Positions 9,706 through 19,746 of a DNA stretch of 64,000 nucleotides are shown one piece after another. Position 1 is the stretch's first letter, and each line of letters begins with the position of its first letter. The position numbers were made by a program, and so were the translations under genes. The DNA is from a virus (Duplodnaviria > Heunggongvirae > Uroviricota > Caudoviricetes). The notes under the pieces were generated by a model. It did not search any database and was not told the origin of the DNA. It saw only the letters and a program-made list of their open reading frames with translations. The stretch spans positions 3,486 to 67,485 of the IMG/VR virus record IMGVR_UViG_3300030332_001481, one strand, 5' to 3'.

Positions 9706-10068
9706 ATGATTTTCAGAGCTGAAACTACTTCCACCACCACGTCTGACGCAACCCCCAAGTTGTTCTTCACCTGCCCCGCTGGTGATCGTGCATTGGTTAT
9801 CTTCATTCAGGCGTATGAGACTGGTGGATCACGAGCAAACCATAGACGCTTTGCCTACCACGCTACCCGGTACACCACCTTTGAGGCGTCTGTGCTAGTG
9901 GATTCGATTTCTATGCATGCCGACGATGGCAGTGCAGGTGGCGCCGCTTGGGCAATAGAGATCCAGGATAATGGTGCTGGTGCTCTGGAAGTGAACGTCA
10001 TTGGTGCTGCTGCCACCAACATTACCTGGACCGCCATGGTTCATCACTGGGATACTTCCACGATCTAA
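9706..10068 (+). CDS. Small beta-rich virion/tail-associated protein, 120 aa
   Basis: Follows the fibre genes; beta-strand composition. Confidence 0.55.
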   Translation: MIFRAETTSTTTSDATPKLFFTCPAGDRALVIFIQAYETGGSRANHRRFAYHATRYTTFEASVLVDSISMHADDGSAGGAAWAIEIQDNGAGALEVNVIGAAATNITWTAMVHHWDTSTI

Positions 10069-10071
10069 ACT

Positions 10072-10090
10072 AGCCCTCACATTGAGGGCT
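10072..10090 (+). terminator. Stem-loop AGCCCTCA-cat-TGAGGGCT; possible terminator or processing hairpin
   Basis: 8-bp perfect stem right after the stop at 10068; no U-tract. Confidence 0.35.
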
Positions 10091-10119
10091 CCCACTTACT
10101 CATTCTGACTAAGGAAACC

Positions 10120-10467
10120 ATGACTGACGTAACGGCCAAAGACTATATCCAGCTATCGCCTGAGACACTTGCAACTTTAGACGAGCACATGAAGCGACTC
10201 TACGCCAACAAGGCTCAATTTGGGCAGGTGTATCTGGAGCTGACTGATGCAAAAGAGCAGTGGGCTAGGGTGCTCAACGAGTACGAGCAAGCCCTAACTG
10301 ATGCACGGAGAGAGGTAAAGAAGGCGCAGGCAACCCTTTCCAACTATGGCCAAGGCCTCGCAGACGCCCATGGATTAAACCTCAAGGAGGGCTCCTGGGT
10401 CCTCTCACTCGAAGAAGGTGCCTTTATTCGCAAGGATTCAGGTGAACACGAAACCACAGGTACCTGA
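10120..10467 (+). CDS. Coiled-coil protein, 115 aa (possible fibre assembly chaperone)
   Basis: AAGGAA RBS; long heptad-like helix. Confidence 0.6.
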   Translation: MTDVTAKDYIQLSPETLATLDEHMKRLYANKAQFGQVYLELTDAKEQWARVLNEYEQALTDARREVKKAQATLSNYGQGLADAHGLNLKEGSWVLSLEEGAFIRKDSGEHETTGT

Positions 10468-10784
10468 TGTACGAAGACGCTTTGCTGATGGTGTTGACGC
10501 CTGTAGTTATGTTCGGAATTGGCTTCGGGCTGCGCGATGCAACTATATTTGATACCCCACGTCAGTGGGCGGCTGCAAGGTCGCAGCTAGTTGACCAGCT
10601 GCTGCAATGTAGGTACTGCACTGGGTTTCATGCAGGCTGGCTAGCGTTTGCACTCCTACCGAGCAGTTGGGTGTGGGATCCAACCACACTGCTGTATGGA
10701 TTGATCTATGCATTCATGGGAGTGTTCTTTTACCCTTACCTGGATCTAGTGCTTCTAGGGTTGGAGAAGAAGCACGAATCGTGA
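10467..10784 (+). CDS. DUF1360-like small membrane protein
   Basis: Hydrophobic helices flanking IFDTPRQW...LLQCRYCTGFHAGW (CxxC). Confidence 0.6.
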   Translation: MYEDALLMVLTPVVMFGIGFGLRDATIFDTPRQWAAARSQLVDQLLQCRYCTGFHAGWLAFALLPSSWVWDPTTLLYGLIYAFMGVFFYPYLDLVLLGLEKKHES

Positions 10785-10816
10785 ACTCTCTCCTGTCTCA
10801 GCTTATTTGAGGTGGG

Positions 10817-11569
10817 ATGCGAGTGTATGCCTCACCATACGGAGGGCTTCATCCTCTGACTCCCTCTTCTCTCCTGGCCAACAGCGACTCAGTTGTTATC
10901 CAGGAGAGTGCCAATTGTGGAGATGTACGACTTGTACGCCAGCCTGACATATGGGAGCCTAGAGGGGGCAGGTTCAAGAACTTGGCAAACCTGGGCCCTG
11001 TGTTTCGTATGGGATTCTTGGTGCAATGTGCCAAGAAGGACAACCGCCCCCAGTCAGGTGCTCCGAAGCGAGTGGTCCTTTGCTGGGCTCCGCTCCAGGC
11101 TCCTGGTCTGTCGGGAGACAACGTGGTTCCAGGTCGACCAGGTCCGACCAACCCCGTGTGGGTAAGCTGCTCCTGCGCCTATTTCCGGTACAACTGTGAA
11201 TGGGCGCTGAGCCGTTATGGCTCGTCAGACATCCTGTACAGTAACGGCCAGCCTGCTCGGATCCGAAACCCTCGTGGAGTAGGAAAGGTCTGCAAGCATA
11301 TCTATGCAGCACTACCTGCCTCGATTCAGTTCTGGAGCGAGCAGGCTGTAACCGACCAAGTCGTAGAAGAGCCGGAGGTCGAGTCACCTCCGCCCGCTCC
11401 TCAGATGCAGCCGCAAGACGAACAGCCGTCACAAGAAACAGAAGCCCCTGAGGAGCAGGAAGAGGAACTTCCCTCCGAGGACGAGCTGCCTCCACGTGAG
11501 GCTCGCTTCGCCAGGATCTCCGAGAATCTGCGATCTCTCGCCTTCTCTTATGACACGGACTGCTGCTAG
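10817..11569 (+). CDS. SWIM-type zinc-finger protein with acidic/Pro-rich tail, 250 aa
   Basis: VWVSCSCAYF...KVCKHI (CxC...CxH). Confidence 0.7.
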   Translation: MRVYASPYGGLHPLTPSSLLANSDSVVIQESANCGDVRLVRQPDIWEPRGGRFKNLANLGPVFRMGFLVQCAKKDNRPQSGAPKRVVLCWAPLQAPGLSGDNVVPGRPGPTNPVWVSCSCAYFRYNCEWALSRYGSSDILYSNGQPARIRNPRGVGKVCKHIYAALPASIQFWSEQAVTDQVVEEPEVESPPPAPQMQPQDEQPSQETEAPEEQEEELPSEDELPPREARFARISENLRSLAFSYDTDCC

Positions 11570-11571
11570 CC

Positions 11572-13392
11572 ATGGGTCGAATTCGAAAGCTTTTCGAGCT
11601 AATTAATGGCAAGCTGCCAAGTCACAACTCTGCGTTTGTTAAGACGCGGGGTATCGCTCACCCCCTTGATCCCTTCTTGTCTGGGCGGCTGAGGTTCGCC
11701 CGCAGGGTTGGCTCACCTCTGCCCATTTGGCTCCCAGAGAACCAGACAACCCTATCCTCTGCTGTCTCAGCAGAGACCAGTCGGTTACCTCTGTCTGAAT
11801 CGATCTCTTGGATTGACGTAGGGTCCAAGATCAAGCTCGATGACAAGGTGTTCGTTTTTGTGGATGACATCTTGGACGATGGGGACACTCTACTGCTGTC
11901 TGAGCCCCTCATCACAGGGTACCCATCTGAAACTGAGGTCAGGTTGTATGGGCACCCGCTCGAACTCAACGGGACATTTTCCCCAGACCCTGACGGCGCG
12001 GCAATTGCGGACAAGTTCGTCAGGGATTTGGACCCGAAGGAATCCTGCCGTGTGTTGGCAGACTCCAACCAGAGCCTAGTAGGGGAACCTACGGTTGATG
12101 GCGTGGTTTTGTCTGCGGGGGATCGCATTCTTCTGACGGGACAGACAGACCCCAGCGAGAATGGTGTGTGGGAGGTATCTGTTTTCGACTGGAGTAGACC
12201 CTCTGACTTCCTTGCGGGATCTTCGGCTTCCCACTCCCATGTCTTCATCCTTGAAGGTGCCTCCTACGCAAGTAGCAGCTGGGTCTGTACTAACGAAGAG
12301 GGCTTCGACACAGTAGCTGATTCCACACTAGTCACCCCCGTGACAGGTGACAACCTGACGTGGAGTCGGTTCTCTTCCGTAACCACTTTTGTGGTTCACT
12401 CAGACCATCCCATCTACCCCGGTGACCAAATCAACTTCAAGTTCTTCGACTACGATGTTGTCGAATCGACCCCATCTGGCTTTCACCCCGACGGACGTAT
12501 CACCTACCAGATCACAATCGATGTAGGCATCCCGGATGAGCTAGAGGATGGCAGGACTGACCAGCTGTACCTAGTTGCCAACCCCTCTTACGAGTCAGAG
12601 CTTCTGCCCCTGCCCAAGATCCCGCTCACGGACAGTAACATCGGTCCGTTCCTGCTCGATCGTGTGTCGGGGTCGTTCTTTAATGACTTGTCCGTAGAAG
12701 AACACGACGTGATCACTGTCCACAACGCCTCAGGGAGCCCTGTTAGGCGCATCAGACAGGGCTCCAAGAACGAGTTCATCTACAACGTCGCCATTCCTTC
12801 AGACTCATTCCTATTTTGGGATGTGGCACAGGGGACCGTGAACTACTCACGGTCCCGGCAGAACTTCGTGGCCTACACAGACCACAGAGGGCAGTTCCAT
12901 GCACACTACATCTGTGTGCCTGAGCTGGAGCGCTCTCCGGGGTTTGATGGGTGGTCTGCTCAGGTAACGCCAGAGGTAGACACCTGGATGAACGTTCATT
13001 TGGACCCGAACCCTCTTCGAGCCCCGTTCACAACTCGCGTCCCAGGTGCTTCTCCACCTCCTCCCCCTCCACGTGGGGGTCTGTTCCTTCCCGCTGGAGT
13101 CACCACCACGGTAAACATCGATCTACCCGAGGGATCTGAGCCCGTGAAGCAGATTCACGTCCTGTTTGACACAGGCGGAACTCCGGAAGCTCGGGTAGAC
13201 ATGAAAGGGTGGGAGATACGGGGCGTTGAAACTGCTGCCTTCGTATCTCATGCCACTATTGCTCGTGTAAGCGGCCGAAATGTATGGGCCAGCGGCTCAG
13301 CTTTCGCAAAGCCTTACTGGCTTCGGCTTACTTATCTACAGGTCCAGTCGGACCTTTACTCCCGTTTTAACGCCGGGTTACTCGCCACATGA
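11572..13392 (+). CDS. Virion structural protein (baseplate/tail), 606 aa
   Basis: Contains the common fibre-associated module VDGVVLSAGDRILLTGQTDPSENGVW. Confidence 0.6.
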   Translation: MGRIRKLFELINGKLPSHNSAFVKTRGIAHPLDPFLSGRLRFARRVGSPLPIWLPENQTTLSSAVSAETSRLPLSESISWIDVGSKIKLDDKVFVFVDDILDDGDTLLLSEPLITGYPSETEVRLYGHPLELNGTFSPDPDGAAIADKFVRDLDPKESCRVLADSNQSLVGEPTVDGVVLSAGDRILLTGQTDPSENGVWEVSVFDWSRPSDFLAGSSASHSHVFILEGASYASSSWVCTNEEGFDTVADSTLVTPVTGDNLTWSRFSSVTTFVVHSDHPIYPGDQINFKFFDYDVVESTPSGFHPDGRITYQITIDVGIPDELEDGRTDQLYLVANPSYESELLPLPKIPLTDSNIGPFLLDRVSGSFFNDLSVEEHDVITVHNASGSPVRRIRQGSKNEFIYNVAIPSDSFLFWDVAQGTVNYSRSRQNFVAYTDHRGQFHAHYICVPELERSPGFDGWSAQVTPEVDTWMNVHLDPNPLRAPFTTRVPGASPPPPPPRGGLFLPAGVTTTVNIDLPEGSEPVKQIHVLFDTGGTPEARVDMKGWEIRGVETAAFVSHATIARVSGRNVWASGSAFAKPYWLRLTYLQVQSDLYSRFNAGLLAT

Positions 13393-15620
13393 GACGCATT
13401 CTACTAGCAGCTCCAATGACCCTCGACATGCTCGAATTCGAGCGTGACGTCCTTGTAGAGGAGATCCTGGAGCGAACAAAGCTTTTGTTTGCGTCTGTGG
13501 ATGCGAACCTGAACAAGTTCGGGATTGTGGATAGCGCTGACCCCGCTGACGCTGTGGCTTCAGACCTGCGCCCCTTCGTCGTCACAGTCAACTCGGCCGA
13601 TCCAGGCACAATCGATGTGCGTGGCGGCACTGTTGTCTTCTCTAGTGGGGAGATTCTTCTCCTAAATGAGATTTCTACTCGCATCCCAGTGGTGGGCGGT
13701 ATCGGCACGAAGTCAGTTGTATACCTGTACTTCGATGAGCAGGAGCTTTACCCTAAGCTTACCCGCCACGACACCCTCCCCAACACGCGGCTGGACTACC
13801 TAGACAGCGCTGCGGACTACATTCGCGTCAGCACTCTCACTGACTTTGCCTCGCTCAGCTCTGCGGAGCTGGAGCGGGTGATTCCTTTAGCTCAAGTGAC
13901 TGTGCAAGCAGTAGCATCTGGGGCTGGGACCATTTCAGAGCTGTTCGTAGACATGTCCAGGGACAACCTGGCGACAAATCGTCCCTGGTTCTCGGCTGTC
14001 GATATTGAGCACCGCAGCTATACAGGGTCAGGTGTAGTCACCTCGAACAACCCACATGGGCTATCGCTGAACGACATATCAGCGACAGGGGAAGCAACCC
14101 TTTTCCAGCTTCACCTCGACCATGGGATGATTGTGTCCAAGGACAAGGACGTTCCCAAGGTGCCCGGGAAGTTGTGCTCTGAGGAGATTCTCCCGGGTGC
14201 GATCGAGGTGGACACGACCGGTTCCGTGACGGGTGTGATGGGTGCTTACTACTTCTTCACAGGGAAGTTCCCCACACAGATCATTCGCTGCTCAGATCCG
14301 GACAACTTCTACGATTACGCCCCAGTTCACGTCACTCGGAAGAACCTGGTTTTCCTTCTGCCTGACGATGAGTACGTCCCAGGTAACTCGATTCTCATCG
14401 ACTACATGACCACGTCGGCCGCGGAACCTCCCACCGAGACCCCGCTGACTCGCCTGACGTTTGGCTCCATCGACAGCCGTGAGACAGTTATCGCTGACGG
14501 TCGGACGGTTTCCACCATATTCAACACAGAATACACCTTCGAAGATGCTGGGCCTATCCCTCAAGATTACACTGTCTATCTCGATGGCGATGGAGACTTC
14601 CAGCGGTACCCACACACTGTTCTCTGCTACAAGAAGCTCACTGCTATCGGGTCTACTCTTCAGCAGTTTGACACAGCTCTCGTCGGGCCAGGTAGAGTCA
14701 AGGTCGCTCTTTCCAACGCGGTTGCATCGGCTACTCTCTCAGTAGAGATTCAGATCACCGGTACCGACGCAGAGGGCACCATCATCACAGAGACTGTGTC
14801 ATTCGGCTCCTCTTGGGTAGACAACGCTGCAGGCAACTGTGTTGAGTCCTCTGACCAGTTCGTCGTGACAGGGAACACCTTCGAGACACTCACCAACTTC
14901 ATCGTGGTGACCAACACAGACTCTGGACCTGACGCTTCTATCGCCATGTACGGAGACGTGACTCCTCTCCGCACGGAGGCCTTGGCTGACATCCTTCCGA
15001 TCGTGAAGGTGACGTGGGACGGTCTTCAGGTCTGTGATATCGAGGACATTCGCCCCATCAACACAACGATGCACCTGCCCCGGGTAACCAAGCACGCAGC
15101 TGCGGGTGCCCCTCTGTCAGAGACTACTCTGATTTATTGGCCCGGGTACATGTTCAACTTCTGGGTTGAGGACTTCGACAAGCCTAAGTTCGTCACCACC
15201 CGATGGACCGACGATTCTACCGCTGTGTCACTCTCACCGTCTGAGAGTGAGATGCAGCGCATCTTTGAGGGTAGTGACATTGGGGACCGATACATCTCCA
15301 AGCCCGTTGCAGTTCGCCCTCATACCTCAGGTCCTACTGCCCTTCGTATTCTTCCAATCGAGCCCGACCGTGACTTCAACATGTGGGTCCGTTTCTTCGA
15401 CGGTTCCGGTGCGTGGTCGGACTGGTCCAACATCTCAACCCTGCTAGGGCCCAACTACACCATTGACCTTACCACCGCCGCTTCGCCCCTAGTGAAGTGG
15501 CAGGTTCAGATCGAAGGCCAGTGCAAGGGGTTCTTTGCGGTATACGTCACAGACGGTGCAGGTGCCTCACCGATCATGGTGTTCGATGTAGGCACGTTTG
15601 ACAACGGTGCATTCGAGTAA
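13389..15620 (+). CDS. Baseplate/tail structural protein, 743 aa
   Basis: ATGA overlap; N-terminal IDVRGGTVVFSSGEI...VVYLYF...IPLAQVTV anchor-like module. Confidence 0.6.
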   Translation: MRRILLAAPMTLDMLEFERDVLVEEILERTKLLFASVDANLNKFGIVDSADPADAVASDLRPFVVTVNSADPGTIDVRGGTVVFSSGEILLLNEISTRIPVVGGIGTKSVVYLYFDEQELYPKLTRHDTLPNTRLDYLDSAADYIRVSTLTDFASLSSAELERVIPLAQVTVQAVASGAGTISELFVDMSRDNLATNRPWFSAVDIEHRSYTGSGVVTSNNPHGLSLNDISATGEATLFQLHLDHGMIVSKDKDVPKVPGKLCSEEILPGAIEVDTTGSVTGVMGAYYFFTGKFPTQIIRCSDPDNFYDYAPVHVTRKNLVFLLPDDEYVPGNSILIDYMTTSAAEPPTETPLTRLTFGSIDSRETVIADGRTVSTIFNTEYTFEDAGPIPQDYTVYLDGDGDFQRYPHTVLCYKKLTAIGSTLQQFDTALVGPGRVKVALSNAVASATLSVEIQITGTDAEGTIITETVSFGSSWVDNAAGNCVESSDQFVVTGNTFETLTNFIVVTNTDSGPDASIAMYGDVTPLRTEALADILPIVKVTWDGLQVCDIEDIRPINTTMHLPRVTKHAAAGAPLSETTLIYWPGYMFNFWVEDFDKPKFVTTRWTDDSTAVSLSPSESEMQRIFEGSDIGDRYISKPVAVRPHTSGPTALRILPIEPDRDFNMWVRFFDGSGAWSDWSNISTLLGPNYTIDLTTAASPLVKWQVQIEGQCKGFFAVYVTDGAGASPIMVFDVGTFDNGAFE

Positions 15621-15623
15621 TCC

Positions 15624-17141
15624 ATGAGCAAAAAGATCATACTCAATGACAATGAAGTTGTCACAAATGAGGACGTAACCAAAGCGTCGGAGTGGCCAAA
15701 TAGGGACCACCTCCGGGTCATGGATGGTGTAGTGTCAGGCGACATGGACGTAACAGGTCCAGCCGCCGGGACCTTCATTGCAGAGGCTATCGCTTCTGGT
15801 CTAGGCATTGATTTCAGTTCCACTAACCTAGACGTAACAATACAACCCGGACAGGCACTGTTCCGTGTGGGGACATTCGATGCCGATACAGAAACCCCTC
15901 TTCAACTCGCCACGTTAGAGTCTCCCTACACTATATCCCTTCCCGTCGCCGACGGTTCTGGGTTTCGTTGGTCCCTTATTGAGGTAGGGGTAGAGACTTT
16001 GGTGGGTAGGGAGGACCGGGAAGTACTGACCCGGGTAGGGCCGTATCGAAAGACCCTCGTCACTACCTCAGTAGAGAAGACGAGAACCCGCAGCTTGCGT
16101 TTCCGAGTGCGGTCAGGTGCTGCCAACAGCACGTATGAAGACGCTGCCCTTCCCTCGCTTCAGCCTGATCTTTCATGGCTGCCCCTCTGGGCAGTACTGG
16201 TAGCTCCCTCTCAAACTGTGATCTCAGGCGCCAACCACATGGACATGCGCAAGTTCGCGCATCGCATGGTCTCTGGAGGCAACGCTTCGTTCCTTCGGGG
16301 ATGGGATTCTGCTCCACCCTCCCTCTACAAGCGCTCCACCTCCGTCATGATGACCTCGGCACGCGAGGTAGTGGTTGGCGGCTACCGTGGCACCCTGGTG
16401 GGGCTCAATGCTCGGTCCTTCGTCCCTCAGGCACCGTCGGTAGGAGCGAACGACAACCTTGCCCGCCGATCAGGTCTAGCTCTCAACACGAACGACTGGT
16501 TCTACATCTACGCCTACCGTCCGAGTAGTTCCTGCGGCTTCATCGGTCTCATGATCGACAGTACACCTCCCCTGCACGGCAATGAGGGGTACGAACACGG
16601 AAACTTCAACTCCGTCTTCGGTTCTCCGGGGGTTCCTGGGCCTTTCCCTGCGTCAGGGACTGCCTCGTACCACTTCCTTGGTTCCGTCAAGTTTAGACTT
16701 GACGCCACTAGTGGACTGTTTGAGTATCGGGACTTCCACAAGGCGGGGAACTACGTAGTCCTGAGCGGCGCTCGTAGCACCAACGTACCCACCGGAGCTA
16801 ACTACATCGCCCAGTCTGCTCTGACCGGGCCTGGTACAGTTACACTGAATCTATCTGCCCTAACTGACGTAAACGGGGACCAGATCCTTCCGGATCATGC
16901 ACGGATGGCAAAAATCAACTTCAGCTTCCTTGCAACGGGTGCGGGTAGTATTTCAATCCAGACAGATGACGGATCTCAGCTCTGGGCCACGGCTTATGCG
17001 GGAGCTGGAGGCAGTGATAGTATCACGTTGGACGTCCCCCTGCCATTCAGTGGCAACATGGGATTTATTGTTGTGAAGCAGGGGACTCCTTCGATCACTT
17101 ACGACATCGTTGTCACTGGATTCTATGAGGACCTGCCATGA
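15624..17141 (+). CDS. Baseplate/tail structural protein, 505 aa
   Basis: GLGIDF...VTIQPGQALF...RWSLIEV...LPLWAVLVAPSQTVISGANHMDMR anchor-like module. Confidence 0.6.
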   Translation: MSKKIILNDNEVVTNEDVTKASEWPNRDHLRVMDGVVSGDMDVTGPAAGTFIAEAIASGLGIDFSSTNLDVTIQPGQALFRVGTFDADTETPLQLATLESPYTISLPVADGSGFRWSLIEVGVETLVGREDREVLTRVGPYRKTLVTTSVEKTRTRSLRFRVRSGAANSTYEDAALPSLQPDLSWLPLWAVLVAPSQTVISGANHMDMRKFAHRMVSGGNASFLRGWDSAPPSLYKRSTSVMMTSAREVVVGGYRGTLVGLNARSFVPQAPSVGANDNLARRSGLALNTNDWFYIYAYRPSSSCGFIGLMIDSTPPLHGNEGYEHGNFNSVFGSPGVPGPFPASGTASYHFLGSVKFRLDATSGLFEYRDFHKAGNYVVLSGARSTNVPTGANYIAQSALTGPGTVTLNLSALTDVNGDQILPDHARMAKINFSFLATGAGSISIQTDDGSQLWATAYAGAGGSDSITLDVPLPFSGNMGFIVVKQGTPSITYDIVVTGFYEDLP

Positions 17142-18046
17142 CTCAAAATCGTACATGGAACTTCGGTGACACCTTTACGACTCGTCGAGTCGGAACCGCA
17201 TGGTCGTCGCTCTTCCCTAAGGGCGTACTCGACGGATTTGACTTGTCAGTGGCAGACACAGACAAGGTCGCGATGTCCGCGGGATTTTGCATGCTCCCCA
17301 GCGGGATCATCCTATCAGAGTCCGAGGTCCAGGAGTTTGTTTTCTCCCCGCTCACTGCATCCGCTCGCACTTACACCTTCACGGTCCGCCACACAGACGC
17401 AGACACCATTGGTGGTCAGGCTGGCATATTCGCAGTGGAAACCGGCGAGTTGCTTCCTGCAGACGTTACGAATGGGGTTGTTCTTGGGTACCTGTATTAC
17501 CCCGGCGGTGGCGTTGCCATCGAGGCGCATCATCTATTCTCTGCTCGGAAAGTTCCAGCTCGTTCCCAGGATGAGCCTCGTCTTCTTCCCAGTTTCGTGT
17601 CTGCTCCCTTTTCCACGAAGTGGGTTGTGACGGCGCAGGGCTCAAACACGCAGATTTCTGACGGCTTCACAGCTCCTTACACCTACACCTCAGTAGAGAC
17701 TGATGGCCTTGGTCCGGCTCCGCCCAGCTACGAGACAACAACGGCCGTCATGACGTTCCCTGTAAGTCGTTTTCGGCCTGTAAGCATTGACGTCAGGTTA
17801 GAGGTTGACGCTAATTCTGAGTTTGAACTTCGGTTATATGACAGTGACGGAACGCTTGTAACTCTAAGTGATCAAACTGTTTCTGGTCCCTTTACTCCGG
17901 CCGCTAGTCATCGCGTCGAGGTAGACCCAGGATCGGGTGTCTTCACAGATGGGAGTCACTTTGCGCTTGAGTTGGAGTTCCGAACCCCTCAGCTCGATTC
18001 AATCGAAATCCAGACTCTAACAATTAATTACGATCCTCTGCCTTAA
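17138..18046 (+). CDS. Baseplate/tail structural protein, 302 aa
   Basis: GVLDGFDLSV...VAMSAGFCMLPSGIILSE...VVLGYLYY anchor-like module. Confidence 0.6.
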   Translation: MTQNRTWNFGDTFTTRRVGTAWSSLFPKGVLDGFDLSVADTDKVAMSAGFCMLPSGIILSESEVQEFVFSPLTASARTYTFTVRHTDADTIGGQAGIFAVETGELLPADVTNGVVLGYLYYPGGGVAIEAHHLFSARKVPARSQDEPRLLPSFVSAPFSTKWVVTAQGSNTQISDGFTAPYTYTSVETDGLGPAPPSYETTTAVMTFPVSRFRPVSIDVRLEVDANSEFELRLYDSDGTLVTLSDQTVSGPFTPAASHRVEVDPGSGVFTDGSHFALELEFRTPQLDSIEIQTLTINYDPLP

Positions 18047-18058
18047 TGGAGCCTTTCA

Positions 18059-18547
18059 ATGCTTTGCATCCTCAAGTTCTTCGAAAACACTAGCCCCCTA
18101 CCTTCTGGGGCTGCTTCCGAGAACAAAGTCATCTCTCGCACCATGCTCAAGATTGCAGTAGTTTCTCGCTACTACAAGGAGCGTAATTCAGGTAAGAGGA
18201 TGCCGGCTCACGGTGAGCTGTGGAAGTGCCGGATCGTCAAGGAGCTGCAGAGCGGTGAGAACCGTGGCCTCTTCATCGTGGAGCCAATCGAGCAGGTCAG
18301 TGAAACCTCCATCATCCGGCTCATTCCAGGGTGGTACGATACGAAGCTCGTTCGTGGTAGGTTGATTGTCATTCCTCGTAAGCCCGGTGAGAACTGGATC
18401 ATGCCCCTGACGCATAAGCGCATCATGGCCGAGGAGAACAACGCCTATTGCGTCATCGTGCAGCTAGACGGTCTCCCGTTGACCGAAGCCCCTAAGGACG
18501 AACTTCCTCCTGCCCTGGCTGTAGACGAGGACGTCGATGTCGGGTAA
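18059..18547 (+). CDS. Hypothetical protein, 162 aa
   Basis: Clean ORF filling the gap. Confidence 0.7.
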   Translation: MLCILKFFENTSPLPSGAASENKVISRTMLKIAVVSRYYKERNSGKRMPAHGELWKCRIVKELQSGENRGLFIVEPIEQVSETSIIRLIPGWYDTKLVRGRLIVIPRKPGENWIMPLTHKRIMAEENNAYCVIVQLDGLPLTEAPKDELPPALAVDEDVDVG

Positions 18548-18827
18548 GTTCTTTTACGGAGAGTTGGCGGCGTCATTGCGTGTTGGTGACAAGGTACGCT
18601 TTTGCAATTCACCTACGCCAGGCAAGGCTGGGAAGATCCTCGTCCCCAGATCAAAGGCGGAAGAGAACGCAATCCTGCGTAAGATCAAGGGAAGCGTAGG
18701 CTGGGTCGAAGTACTGCCCCAGCTTGGGGCTAAGGTGACCTCTCACGCCATTGCTGAGTCAGGCGCCGCCAGTGCCGTAAACCTTTCTGTCCCTGTTTCG
18801 GTCCGGGGACGCCTGAAGATCACTTGA
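18537..18827 (+). CDS. Hypothetical protein, 96 aa
   Basis: Overlaps both neighbours in operon fashion. Confidence 0.6.
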   Translation: MSGKFFYGELAASLRVGDKVRFCNSPTPGKAGKILVPRSKAEENAILRKIKGSVGWVEVLPQLGAKVTSHAIAESGAASAVNLSVPVSVRGRLKIT

Positions 18828-19414
18828 ACTACGCATCTGCCATTGAGCGGAGGGACGCTCTCAATAGCAAGCTCAAGCGAAAAGAGCTGCAGAGCTACGT
18901 ATCCTTGCATCCATTGGACGACGGGGAGTACGAAATACGGTTGATCATTCACCCGGATGAGTCTTTCCTGGAGGGCAAGTTGGGTATTCCTACACACCCC
19001 TGGACCCAAGAAGACGCCCAAGGCTCACCTTATGTAGAGATGACTCCTCGCACACCCAAGCAGAACATAGATGAACTTGGGCAGTACCCCCATGGGGCAC
19101 GTAGGCGCGTGGATGGTCCCTCTCATTCTCCTGACGTCAATCCAGCATACCCAGGACTTCGTCGCATTCCCGAACTTCAAGACATCGTGAAGGTTGTAGC
19201 TATGACCGAGAGTATTTCCGACCGACTTCAGCGCGTAGATCGCATGCTGTCCCTGTGCCGGCGTCTCTCTCGTACGGCTGACGTTCGTAGGTTTGCAGGC
19301 AAAGAGTCGTCTTACATCCTATCTGAGCTTATGGATCAGCTTTCGGAGGATGGCTACAACGGTAGGCACAAGATCGTCAGGCTGACCAAGAAGCTTCAAG
19401 CTACGCTCAAGTAG
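18824..19414 (+). CDS. Hypothetical protein, 196 aa
   Basis: TTGA start/stop overlap. Confidence 0.65.
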   Translation: MNYASAIERRDALNSKLKRKELQSYVSLHPLDDGEYEIRLIIHPDESFLEGKLGIPTHPWTQEDAQGSPYVEMTPRTPKQNIDELGQYPHGARRRVDGPSHSPDVNPAYPGLRRIPELQDIVKVVAMTESISDRLQRVDRMLSLCRRLSRTADVRRFAGKESSYILSELMDQLSEDGYNGRHKIVRLTKKLQATLK

Positions 19415-19421
19415 GTGTTTC

Positions 19422-19745
19422 ATGACCATGCCTGGAATGGTGCCGCTGCCTCAACTGATCACTTTCCGTGACGACACAGATGAGCAGCATATCACAGACG
19501 CAGATCTGTTCGCTGCTCAGTATCGCTGGCAGTTCCGTCAGTTGGAGAACCTCTCCATCGAGAGGCGTAAGGATCTGTGTAAGCTGCTGCTCAAGCAGGT
19601 AAAGCAGCGCAAGCTCGACAAGGGCAAGATGGCTAACTCATCGGCGCTCTTTCTTTGGCAGAAGGTTGCGGACGACCCGTCTTGGCCGGATCGACTTATG
19701 AACCCTGACCAGATGGACGAGCCATCCGATAACGAGGAGGGCTGA
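19422..19745 (+). CDS. Hypothetical protein, 107 aa
   Basis: Clean ORF between neighbours. Confidence 0.7.
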   Translation: MTMPGMVPLPQLITFRDDTDEQHITDADLFAAQYRWQFRQLENLSIERRKDLCKLLLKQVKQRKLDKGKMANSSALFLWQKVADDPSWPDRLMNPDQMDEPSDNEEG

Positions 19746-19746
19746 G

